A DNA stretch of 42,597 bases, from positions 1 through 42,597 of the forward strand of contig CAZQAP010000002.1 of the NCBI GenBank assembly GCA_964591365.1, read 5' to 3'. The notes under the pieces are model-generated. The model did no database searches. It saw only the letters and a list, made by a program, of their open reading frames with translations, and was not told the DNA's origin. The DNA comes from an uncultured Planctomycetales bacterium. Its GTDB lineage: Bacteria > Planctomycetota > UBA1135. The stretch's first letter is position 1, and the number at the start of each line of letters is the position of its first letter. Below, piece by piece: positions 27,415-35,885 of the stretch. Position numbers and translations under genes: made by a program.

Positions 27415-29121
27415 TCACGGAAGAAAGGCGAGCTTGCGGGCCACCGAAGACAGGTCGAGGCGCTTGTCCACGGCGGAGAGGTAGAGGGTCCGTCCCGCCA
27501 GCTTGGCGGGCAGCCCTCCGGGAACGGCGGTGAAGCGGGCGGCAGCTCTTCCCAGGGCGTCGAGCCGTCCCTGGAAACCCCGGGCCTGGGGCGGGGTGCG
27601 GCCCTTCAGCGAGGCGAGGAAGAAACGGTCCCGGGTCAGGGGGACCGCAAGGCCCCGCAGGCCGGTGGGGCCGGTTCCACGGAAGGACAAGAGAATGCGG
27701 TAGCCGGAGAAGGCTTCCCTTTCGGAGAAATCGGCCGCGTAGCCGATGGTTCCCCCCGATGCGATCGATAGCTCCCCGGCGGAAGCCTCCAGGATGGGAT
27801 TGAAGGTGAAGACGAAGGCGGCACCCCGGTCCTGGTACAGAGAGGTTTCCTCGAAAGGGGCGCCCAGGATCAGGTCCGCCCGGCCGTCTCCATTCACGTC
27901 GCCCGCTCCCGAAACCGAGATCCCGAGCCCGCTCTGGTGGCTCAATCCGTCGAAGCGGAAGAGAAGGGCCCCCGTCGCTCCGGAGAAAAGGAAGGCGGAA
28001 TTGCCGGGTGCCGGCCGGTATTCACCGGAGAAGGTGGCCCCGACCAGGATGTCGGGAACCCCGTCGCCGTCCACGTCCCCCGGACCGGCGACCGAACGCC
28101 CGAAGGAAGGGGTGTCCGCATCGCCGTCGAACCGGAAGATCTGGCTGCCGGTTGCCCCGGAGAAGGCGAAGACGGTGCCAGGATCGTCGCGGGGAGCGGA
28201 AGCCGTGCGGTTGCCCACAAGAAGATCCCCGAGGCCGTCCCCGTCCAGATCCCCCGCCCCGGCGACGGAGGTCCCGAATCGAAAACCATCCGAGGGCCCG
28301 TTCAACCGCAGAAGAAGGTTGCCGGTGGCGCCCGAATAGACGAAGACGGATCCCGCAACGACATGGTTGTTGAGGTAGGTATCGGGAGTGCCCACAAGGA
28401 AGTCCGCGAAACCATCTCCATCGGTGTCCCCGGCATCGGCCACCGCCTTCCCGAAGGTCTGGACCGGATCCGAGCCGTCGATCCGGTAGAGGAGAGCCCC
28501 GCTCCCGCCCGAGAAGACGAAGACGGAACCGGCTTGGGAAACTCCGTTTACGGTCGTATTGACCGCCCCGACGACCAGTTCGGCCAGACCGTCGCCGTCC
28601 ATGTCGCCGGCCAGGGCGACGAAATTGCCCAGGAGGTCCTCGTCACTTGCGCCGTCGAAACGATGGATCTGAAGGCCCGTTGCTCCCGAAAAGACGAATG
28701 CCGAACCGGCGTTGTAATGTCCGTTCGGATCGGAATGCGGCGCTCCCACGAAGATGTCGGGAACCCTGTCCCCGTCCACATCCTTGCCTCCCGAGACGGA
28801 ATATCCCATCAAATCGAAGGACTCGAATCCGTCGAATTGGTAGATCAGGTTCCCGGTCCGGCCGGAATAGACATAAGCGGAACCGGTGTTGTTCACACCG
28901 TTTGGCTGGGCGAAGAGAACGCCGACGACCAGATCGTCCCGGCCGTCCTGATCGACGTCCCCGGCCGTGGAAACCGCGTATCCCAGTTCGTCGCCCCGAA
29001 AGAAGGCATCGAAGCGGAAGCGCTGCTCGAGGTCTCCGCCGACGAGCTGGGCGGGATGGAGCGGAGAGAACCCGGTCAGGGCCAGCCCGGCGATCGCAGG
29101 GAGAAGGAAGAATGTTTTCAT
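27415..29121 (-). CDS. secreted FG-GAP repeat protein, paralog P4 (7 blades + conserved C-terminal module)
   Basis: ATG 29121 (MKTFFLLPAIAGLALTGFSPLHPAQ/LVGG). 568 aa. Several of its blades are more diverged, for example KDVDGDRVPD and GDTDGDGFAD. Confidence 0.88.
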   Translation of the reverse strand: MKTFFLLPAIAGLALTGFSPLHPAQLVGGDLEQRFRFDAFFRGDELGYAVSTAGDVDQDGRDDLVVGVLFAQPNGVNNTGSAYVYSGRTGNLIYQFDGFESFDLMGYSVSGGKDVDGDRVPDIFVGAPHSDPNGHYNAGSAFVFSGATGLQIHRFDGASDEDLLGNFVALAGDMDGDGLAELVVGAVNTTVNGVSQAGSVFVFSGGSGALLYRIDGSDPVQTFGKAVADAGDTDGDGFADFLVGTPDTYLNNHVVAGSVFVYSGATGNLLLRLNGPSDGFRFGTSVAGAGDLDGDGLGDLLVGNRTASAPRDDPGTVFAFSGATGSQIFRFDGDADTPSFGRSVAGPGDVDGDGVPDILVGATFSGEYRPAPGNSAFLFSGATGALLFRFDGLSHQSGLGISVSGAGDVNGDGRADLILGAPFEETSLYQDRGAAFVFTFNPILEASAGELSIASGGTIGYAADFSEREAFSGYRILLSFRGTGPTGLRGLAVPLTRDRFFLASLKGRTPPQARGFQGRLDALGRAAARFTAVPGGLPAKLAGRTLYLSAVDKRLDLSSVARKLAFLP

Positions 29122-29332
29122 GGGTTCCGCCCCTTTCGAGGGGGGCGGGGTCGTTCGATTCCGCTCACCGCCCGTGCGGAAAACAACAGAGGGAAGGGGG
29201 GACCGGCCGGAATCCGGAGCTGACACTCCCTCTCCCGCTTCATGCCGGCGGGTTCATCGACGAGGGTGGCAAAAACCGTGCCGGATCTTCGGCCGCGCGG
29301 GCGGTCCTTCCTCCTCCGGCCGGGCCTTCCTA

Positions 29333-31042
29333 TCAGGGTTGGAAGACGAGCCGGCGGACGACGGAAGAAAAGTCGAGGCTCTTGTTGACCGCGGCGAGGA
29401 AGAGCGTGCGCCCGGCGAGGCGGGCGGGCAGCCCCCCCGGCGCGGCGGTGAAATGGGCCAGGGCCTGCCCTTGGGGATCCAGGATGCCCTGGAAGCCGAC
29501 TCCTTGGGAAGGCGTGTCGCCGTGGGTGGAAGCGGTGAAGAACTTGTCCTTCGTCAGGGGGACCAGGAGGCCCTTGAGAAGGGTCGGGCCGGTTCCGGTC
29601 GCGGAAAGAAGGATCCCGTATTTCAAACCTGCATCCTTCGCAGGAAAGTGGATCGCGTAGTCGATGGTCCCGCCGGCGGAAATGGAAAAGATTCCGCCCG
29701 AGGCGATGAGAATCGGATTGAAGGTGAAGACGAAGGCGGAGCCCGCGAAGAGGAGGCTCCCCGGGCTGGCGAAGGGGGCGCCCAGGACCAGGTCGCCGAG
29801 GCCGTCGCCGTCCGCATCGCCCGCGCCGGAGACCGCGGTCCCCAGGAAGTCGGAGGCCGCCTGGCCGTCGATCTGGAGAACCATGCCTCCCGTCGCTCCG
29901 GAAACCAGGAAGGCGGAGCCGGCGTTGCTGCGCCCGCCCGGAGCGGCGAAGGGGGCCCCGGCGGCCAGGTCGGGCACACCGTCCCCGTCCGCATCCCCGG
30001 TCCCCGCAACCGACCGGCCCAGGGCGTCTCCGCCGTGCAGGCCGTTGAACCGGAGCACCTGGGCGCCCGTCGCGCCCGAGAAGACGAAGGCCGCGCCCGA
30101 GTCGGTCTTGCCATTGGAGTCGGCGAGCGGGGCGCCGGCGGCCAGGTCGGGGACGCCGTCCCCGTCCACGTCCCCGGCAGGGGCCACCGAGAAGCCGAAC
30201 TCGTCGTGGGCACCCTGGCCGTCGAACTGGAAGATCAACGATCCACCGGCTCCGGAAAGGACGAAGGCGGACCCGGCATCCTTGAGGCCGCCGGGGTCGG
30301 CAAACGGAGCGGCGACGATCAGGTCCGCCAACCCGTCGCCGTCCACGTCCCCCGCCCCGGCCACGGCCCGCCCCAGATTGTCGGAGGCCGCCTGGCCCCG
30401 GAACACGAGAAGCTGCAGGCCGGTGGCGCCGGAAAAGACCCGCGCCGACCCGGCATCGGTGCGGCCGTTGGGATCGCGGAAGGGAACCCCGGCGATCAGG
30501 TCGGGAACGCCGTCGCCGTCGACGTCGCCCGCGCCTGCCACGGAAAACCCCAGTTCGTCATGGGAGGCCTGTCCGTCGAAACGCCAGATCAGGCTGCCAG
30601 TGGCCCCCGAGAAGACGAAGGCCGATCCGGAATCCTTGTTGCCGTTGGGATCCGCGAAAGGAGCCCCGACGATCAGATCGTCGAAACCGTCGCCGTCGAC
30701 GTCGCCCGCGCCGGCGACGGAAGAGCCGAGCGCATCGTTGGAGGCCGGGCCGTCGAGGCGCAGAAGCTGCGCTCCAGTGGCTCCCGAATAGACGTAGGCG
30801 GCGCCCGCGTCGGCGTGGAGGTTGGGGTTGGCCAGCGGTGCCCCGACGATCACGTCCGCGAAACCGTCGCCATCCACGTCCCCGGCCGCTGCCGCCGAAG
30901 AGCCGAGTTCGTCGATGGATTCCTGGCCGTTGAAACGGAACCTCTGCTCCACGATCCCGCCCACGGTCTGGGCGGAGAGGAAGGCCGGAAGAAGAACCGC
31001 AGCAAGCGCTGCCAGGGGAAGGGGAAGGATGAGGGTTCGCAT
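29333..31042 (-). CDS. secreted FG-GAP repeat protein, paralog P5 (7 blades + conserved C-terminal module)
   Basis: ATG 31042 preceded by GAGGGACC. Signal peptide MRTLILPLPLAALAAVLLPAFLSAQ/TVGG. 569 aa. Confidence 0.9.
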   Translation of the reverse strand: MRTLILPLPLAALAAVLLPAFLSAQTVGGIVEQRFRFNGQESIDELGSSAAAAGDVDGDGFADVIVGAPLANPNLHADAGAAYVYSGATGAQLLRLDGPASNDALGSSVAGAGDVDGDGFDDLIVGAPFADPNGNKDSGSAFVFSGATGSLIWRFDGQASHDELGFSVAGAGDVDGDGVPDLIAGVPFRDPNGRTDAGSARVFSGATGLQLLVFRGQAASDNLGRAVAGAGDVDGDGLADLIVAAPFADPGGLKDAGSAFVLSGAGGSLIFQFDGQGAHDEFGFSVAPAGDVDGDGVPDLAAGAPLADSNGKTDSGAAFVFSGATGAQVLRFNGLHGGDALGRSVAGTGDADGDGVPDLAAGAPFAAPGGRSNAGSAFLVSGATGGMVLQIDGQAASDFLGTAVSGAGDADGDGLGDLVLGAPFASPGSLLFAGSAFVFTFNPILIASGGIFSISAGGTIDYAIHFPAKDAGLKYGILLSATGTGPTLLKGLLVPLTKDKFFTASTHGDTPSQGVGFQGILDPQGQALAHFTAAPGGLPARLAGRTLFLAAVNKSLDFSSVVRRLVFQP

Positions 31043-31235
31043 GGTCCCTCGAGGGGAAAGGGGGGCAAGGAGCAGGGGCCCGGAGGGCTCCGGAACCCCC
31101 AAGAGGAGGATCTTCAGGATACCACTGGAAGGAAACGGGGCTCCCGCCGGTGCACCTTGACCGCCCGGCGGGTGGGATCTACCTTTCCATGCCCTCTGCC
31201 CGGTTCTTGCGGGCGGAAAGGAGCCAAAGAACCCC

Positions 31236-32420
31236 ATGCCTTCCCCCGTGGCCGTGGTGAGCGCCGTGCGGACCCCCATCGGCCGCTTCCTGGGGGCCTT
31301 CCGCGAGCTTGCGGCCCCCGTCCTGGGGCGGGAGGCGGTGCGGGGGGCGCTCGAGGCGGCCCAAGTGGCCCCCGAGGAGATCGAGACCCTCTTCTTCGGT
31401 CACGGGCGCCAGGCCGGCTCGGGCCCCAATCCCGCCCGCCAGGTGCTCATCGGCGCGGGCATCCCGCAGGAATCCCCGGCCGCCACGATCAACCAGGCCT
31501 GCTCCTCGGGGCTCAAGTCGATCCAGCTCGCCGCCGACGAGATCCGCCTGGGACGCGCCCGCATCGCGGTCGCCGGCGGCATGGAGTCGATGTCGCGGGT
31601 GCCCTTCTTCCTCGACCGCATGCGCTTCGGCTACCGCCTGGGAAGCGGAGCGGTGGTCGACGGCATGTACCGCGACGGTTTCTTCTGCCCGCTTTCGGAG
31701 ATGGTCATGGGCGAGACCGCCGAGCTGCTCGCCCGGGAACACGGGATCTCCCGCCAGAAACAGGACGCCTTCGCGCTCGAAAGCCAGAAGAAGGCCGCCG
31801 CCGCCATCGAGGCCGGACGCTTCCGCGAGGAGATCGTTCCGGTTACGGTCAAGGGCCGCAAGGGCGAGACCGTGGTGGACGCCGACGAACATCCCCGCCC
31901 CGACACCTCGCTGGAGAAGCTGGGGCGGCTTGCCACGGTCTTCGACCGCGAGCACGGCACGGTCACGGCCGGCAACTCCTCGGGCATCACCGACGGGGCG
32001 GCCGCGCTGGTCCTGATGGAGGCCGGGGAGGCCGAACGCCGCGGGCTCGAGCCTCTCGGCCTGCTCGGCGACACCCAGGTCTGCGGCTGCGACCCCCGCC
32101 GCATGGGACTGGGACCGGTCCCCGCCACGAAAGCGATTCTCGAGCGAAACGGCTGGGACCTCGACGCCTTCGAACTGGTCGAACTCAACGAGGCCTTCGC
32201 CGCCCAGGTCCTGGCCGTGTTCCAGGAACTCCCCTTCCCAGCCGAGCGCCTCAACGTCAACGGCGGGGCCATCGCGCTGGGGCACCCCATCGGCTGCACC
32301 GGGGCCCGCCTGGCGGTCACCCTGCTCCACGAGATGAAGCGCCGCGGGGCCCGCCGCGGCCTCGTTACCCTGTGCGTCTCGGGCGGCCTCGGCATGTCGG
32401 CCGTCTTCGAGCGCCCCTGA
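31236..32420 (+). CDS. acetyl-CoA C-acetyltransferase (thiolase II)
   Basis: Active-site Cys in INQACSSGLKS. C-terminal NVNGGAIALGHPIGCTGAR and CVSGGLGMS. 394 aa. Confidence 0.92.
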   Translation: MPSPVAVVSAVRTPIGRFLGAFRELAAPVLGREAVRGALEAAQVAPEEIETLFFGHGRQAGSGPNPARQVLIGAGIPQESPAATINQACSSGLKSIQLAADEIRLGRARIAVAGGMESMSRVPFFLDRMRFGYRLGSGAVVDGMYRDGFFCPLSEMVMGETAELLAREHGISRQKQDAFALESQKKAAAAIEAGRFREEIVPVTVKGRKGETVVDADEHPRPDTSLEKLGRLATVFDREHGTVTAGNSSGITDGAAALVLMEAGEAERRGLEPLGLLGDTQVCGCDPRRMGLGPVPATKAILERNGWDLDAFELVELNEAFAAQVLAVFQELPFPAERLNVNGGAIALGHPIGCTGARLAVTLLHEMKRRGARRGLVTLCVSGGLGMSAVFERP

Positions 32421-32448
32421 CCCTGAACGTCCCTTCCCCACGCCTGCC

Positions 32449-33120
32449 ATGCTCCGATTCCTGTCCTGCGCCCTGCTGCTTGCGGCCGTCCTGCCGGCCT
32501 GCACCACGAAAGAGGAGGCTGTCCCCGCTTCCGAGGCGGGTGGCACCGAAACCGCCCCGGCCGCGAAGAACGCCGCCGCCAAGCTCGACTTCTCTCCCGG
32601 GGGCCCCATTTCCGACGCCGACCTGGGCAGCTACCTGGTGAAGATGGACTGCTCCATCGGCGGGGAGGACGCCGGCTCGATGACCTTCGAGTTCTGGCCG
32701 GAAAAGGCGCCCAAGACGGTGCGCAACTTCCTGCGCTACGCCTCCGAGGGCTTCTACGACGGCCTGACCTTCCACCGCATCATCCCGGGATTCATGATCC
32801 AGGGCGGCGATCCCAGCGGCAACGGAACCGGAAGCGGACCCCATGGAAACATCCCGGCCGAATTCTCGAGCGACCCGAAGTACAGCCACGTCTACGGCGT
32901 TCTTTCCATGGCCCGCGGCCCCGACCCCGGCAGTGCTTCCTGCCAGTTCTTCATCTGCAACGCCAACCCGACCCACCTGGATGGCAAGTACGCCTCCTTC
33001 GGGAAGATGCTGGAAGGGCGCGAGACGCTCGACAAGCTCTCTTCGGTCGCCTTGAACGGCTCGAAACCGCTGCGCCCGGTGGTCATGGAAAAAGTCGCCG
33101 TGATTCCCAAGGCGAACTGA
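32449..33120 (+). CDS. cyclophilin-type peptidyl-prolyl isomerase, predicted lipoprotein
   Basis: Signal peptide plus lipobox LLAAVLPAC. Cyclophilin core TVRNFLRYASEGFYDGLTFHRIIPGFMIQGGDP...SMARG.DPGSASCQFFI. Confidence 0.88.
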   Translation: MLRFLSCALLLAAVLPACTTKEEAVPASEAGGTETAPAAKNAAAKLDFSPGGPISDADLGSYLVKMDCSIGGEDAGSMTFEFWPEKAPKTVRNFLRYASEGFYDGLTFHRIIPGFMIQGGDPSGNGTGSGPHGNIPAEFSSDPKYSHVYGVLSMARGPDPGSASCQFFICNANPTHLDGKYASFGKMLEGRETLDKLSSVALNGSKPLRPVVMEKVAVIPKAN

Positions 33121-33178
33121 GACCGGAATCCCTGCCCTCCCACGAACCCCAAGAAAACGAACCCCCGAGGAAGACGAC

Positions 33179-33757
33179 ATGACGATCGCCAAGGAAGTCA
33201 CTGGAACGCTCGATTTTGCGGATCCGGGCCAGGTCGGCGAGGCCGAACTCGCCAAGGCCCGCGTGCAGATGGAGATCCAGGTGGACGGAAAGGACTCCGG
33301 AGCCATGACCTTCGAGTTCTGGCCCCAGGCCGCCCCCAAGACCGTGCGCAACTTCCTGCGCTACGCATCCGCGGGGTTCTACGATGGACTGGGATTCCAC
33401 CGCATCATCTCCGGGTTCATGGTCCAGGGCGGCGATCCGAAGGGGGACGGCACCGGCAGCGGCCCCCACGGAACGATCCCGGGGGAATTCTCCCAGGATT
33501 CCCGCTACAGCCACCGGCAGGGCGTCATCAGCATGGCCCGTTCCCAGGATCCCGACAGCGCCTCGTGCCAGTTCTTCATCTGCCACGGCGATCCCACCTT
33601 CCTGGACGGGCAGTACGCCGCCTTCGGCCGCCTGGTGGATGGCGAGAAGACCCTCGAAGCCCTGGCCGGCACGCCGACCCGCACCCGGGGCGGGGAGAAG
33701 AGCGCTCCCACCGTGGACTGCCGCATCGCCAGGATGCGCGTCCTCATGGAAGAGTGA
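33179..33757 (+). CDS. cyclophilin-type peptidyl-prolyl isomerase (no signal peptide)
   Basis: GAGGAAGACGAC precedes the ATG. Core TVRNFLRYASAGFYDGLGFHRIISGFMVQGGDP...SMARSQDPDSASCQFFI. It is a paralog of the preceding gene. Confidence 0.88.
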   Translation: MTIAKEVTGTLDFADPGQVGEAELAKARVQMEIQVDGKDSGAMTFEFWPQAAPKTVRNFLRYASAGFYDGLGFHRIISGFMVQGGDPKGDGTGSGPHGTIPGEFSQDSRYSHRQGVISMARSQDPDSASCQFFICHGDPTFLDGQYAAFGRLVDGEKTLEALAGTPTRTRGGEKSAPTVDCRIARMRVLMEE

Positions 33758-33770
33758 GGGAGGCGGGGTC

Positions 33771-34580
33771 ATGACGGATTCGAAGACGGAAGCGGATTCC
33801 CGCCAGGGAGTTTTCGCCGAGATCGAGGACGGCGGCCTGGGCTGGATCACCATCCAGCGGGAGAAGGTGCTCAATGCCCTCAACCGGGAGGTTCTGGGCG
33901 TGCTGAAGGAAGCCGTCCGTTCGCTCGAGGAGGATTCCGCGGTGCGCGTGATCGTGGTTCGCGGGGGCGGCGAGAAGGCCTTCGTCGCCGGGGCCGACAT
34001 CGGGGAAATGGCCGGCATGGATCCCCTCGAGGCGCGCCGCTTCAGCCGCCTCGGCCAGGAGGTCCTCGAGACGATCGAACGCTGCGCGAAACCGGTCGTG
34101 GCCATGGTCCAGGGCTTCGCCCTGGGAGGCGGCCTCGAACTGGCGCTGGCCTGCCATCTGCGCGTGGCCTCCACGCGGGCGCGCTTCGGGCTGCCCGAGG
34201 TCGGGCTGGGCCTCATTCCGGGCTTCGGCGGGGCGGGGCGCCTGGTTCGCCTGGCCGGGCTCGGAGTTGCGCGCGAATGGGTCCTCACCGGCGGGCATTT
34301 CTCCGCGGAGGAAGCCCACCGTGTCGGGGTGGTGAACCGGCTGGTGGAGCCCGGAGAACTGGAATCCGAGACCCGCAAGCTGGCCGCCCTTCTCGCTTCG
34401 CGCGGGCCGGTGGCCCAGGCCCTGGCGCTCGACGTGCTGCGGCGCGGCCTGGAGGCCGGCCAGTCGGAAGGCCAGCGCGCCGAGGCCGATGCCTTCGGAC
34501 TGGTCTTCTCCAGCGAGGACATGCGCGAGGGAACCCGCGCCTTCCTCGAGAAGCGGAAGCCCTCCTTTCCGGGGCGCTGA
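33771..34580 (+). CDS. enoyl-CoA hydratase/isomerase (crotonase) family protein
   Basis: ATG 33771 after GAGGGAGG. Motifs KAFVAGADI, GFALGGGLELALACH and GLPEVGLGLIPGFGG. 269 aa. Confidence 0.9.
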   Translation: MTDSKTEADSRQGVFAEIEDGGLGWITIQREKVLNALNREVLGVLKEAVRSLEEDSAVRVIVVRGGGEKAFVAGADIGEMAGMDPLEARRFSRLGQEVLETIERCAKPVVAMVQGFALGGGLELALACHLRVASTRARFGLPEVGLGLIPGFGGAGRLVRLAGLGVAREWVLTGGHFSAEEAHRVGVVNRLVEPGELESETRKLAALLASRGPVAQALALDVLRRGLEAGQSEGQRAEADAFGLVFSSEDMREGTRAFLEKRKPSFPGR

Positions 34581-34663
34581 AACCGGCTCCGCGCGGCTAC
34601 AATAAACCGCCAAAGATGCCCGGCGAAGGATCCTCCCCCGTCGGGCGGCTTTGTTTTTCGCCC

Positions 34664-35872
34664 ATGTCCATGCACAAGAACCTCGTCCTTGCCGGCGGTG
34701 CCCGCACCGCCATGACCGAATACTCGGGCACCCCCGGCTTCGGCCTCTTCAAGGACGTGGGCGCCAACCAGCTTGGCGCCCACGCCATCGCCGCCGCGCT
34801 CGAACGTTCCGGGGTCGCAGCCGGTCAGGTGGACCAGGTGTTCATGGGGAACGCGCTGCAGACCGAGAACGGCGCCATCTACGGGGCCCGGCACGCCATG
34901 CTGCGCGCCGGGATCCCCCAGGAGGTACCCGCCCTCACCGTCAACCGGCTCTGCGGCTCCGGCATCCAGGCGGTCGTTTCGGCCTGCCACGCCATCATGG
35001 CCGGGGAAGCCGAGGTCTGCGTTTCCGGAGGCATGGAAAACATGTCCCAGGCGCCGCACGTCCTGCGCGGCGCACGGGATGGCTATCACCTGGGACGCGC
35101 CCCGAAGCTCGAGGATTATCTCTTCGAGTCGCTGCTCGATCCCCTCTGCGGGTTCTTCATGGCGCAGACCGCCGAGAAGCTGGCCGGGAAGTACGGGATC
35201 GGCCGCGAAGAGCAGGACCGGTTCGCACTGCGGAGCCACGAGCTGGGTGCTGCCGCCGTGCAGAGCGGCCGCTTTCGCGAGGAGATCGTGCCGGTCACCG
35301 TGAAGCGCGGGCGCAAGGAGGTGGTCGTGGACACTGACGACCACATCCGGCCGGAAACCACCCTCGAGGGGCTGTCGAAACTGCGGCCCGCGTTCGGCAA
35401 GGACGGCACGGTCACCGCCGGCAACGCCTCCGGAATCGTGGACGGGGGCTCGGCCCTGGTCGTCACCACCGAAGAGCGCGCGAAGAAGGAGGGCTGGAAG
35501 ATCCGGGCGTTCGTGCGGAGCTGGGGGATCTCCGGGGTCGATCCCACCATCATGGGGATCGGACCGGTCCCCTCGATCCGCCAGGCGCTCGATCGCGCCG
35601 GCCTCAAGCTCGATGCCGTCGATTTCTTCGAGATCAACGAGGCCTTCTCCGCCCAGTACCTGGCCGTCGAGAAAGTGCTCGAACTCGACCGGAACAAGGT
35701 GAACGTCAACGGCGGCGCGGTGGCCATCGGCCACCCTCTCGGCGCGACGGGCGCGCGCCTGCTGCTCACCCTCTACCACCAGCTCGAACGCGCCGGGGCC
35801 CGCTTCGGCGTGGCTTCGGCCTGCATCGGCGGCGGCCAGGGGATCGCCATGCTGATCGAGAGGCCTTCCTGA
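34664..35872 (+). CDS. acetyl-CoA acetyltransferase / 3-ketoacyl-CoA thiolase (second copy)
   Basis: ATG 34664 (MSMHKNLVL). Active-site Cys in VNRLCGSGIQA. C-terminal NVNGGAVAIGHPLGATGAR and CIGGGQGIA. Confidence 0.9.
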   Translation: MSMHKNLVLAGGARTAMTEYSGTPGFGLFKDVGANQLGAHAIAAALERSGVAAGQVDQVFMGNALQTENGAIYGARHAMLRAGIPQEVPALTVNRLCGSGIQAVVSACHAIMAGEAEVCVSGGMENMSQAPHVLRGARDGYHLGRAPKLEDYLFESLLDPLCGFFMAQTAEKLAGKYGIGREEQDRFALRSHELGAAAVQSGRFREEIVPVTVKRGRKEVVVDTDDHIRPETTLEGLSKLRPAFGKDGTVTAGNASGIVDGGSALVVTTEERAKKEGWKIRAFVRSWGISGVDPTIMGIGPVPSIRQALDRAGLKLDAVDFFEINEAFSAQYLAVEKVLELDRNKVNVNGGAVAIGHPLGATGARLLLTLYHQLERAGARFGVASACIGGGQGIAMLIERPS

Positions 35873-35885
35873 CCGGGATGCGCGC

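Larger units (their letters stand above)
21840..31042 (-). repeat. array of five tandem FG-GAP paralog genes (34 copies of a ~59-codon blade unit in total)
   Basis: The blade consensus recurs 7+6+7+7+7 times: LGxSVAGAGDVDGDGxxDLIVGAPxADPxGxxxAGSAFVFSGATGxxLxRFDG. Confidence 0.9.

Noticed and set aside
21840-31042. The regular ~177-nt periodicity suggested a CRISPR-like or satellite array.
   Set aside because: The repeats are in-frame coding blades of FG-GAP proteins, about 70% identical rather than exact. There is no repeat-spacer structure and no cas genes.
23817-32641. Very long plus-strand ORFs (23817-27350, 1177 aa; 27937-29223, 428 aa; 28967-32641, 1224 aa) antisense to the FG-GAP genes. 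Some have periodic PSPSTSPAPATE-like sequence.
   Set aside because: These are the reverse-complement reading of the GDVDGDG/GSAFVFSG repeats in GC-rich DNA where stops are rare. They cross intergenic regions and terminators, are low-complexity (R/G/P/A/E), and lack start contexts. The minus-strand genes have signal peptides, RBSs and coherent domains.
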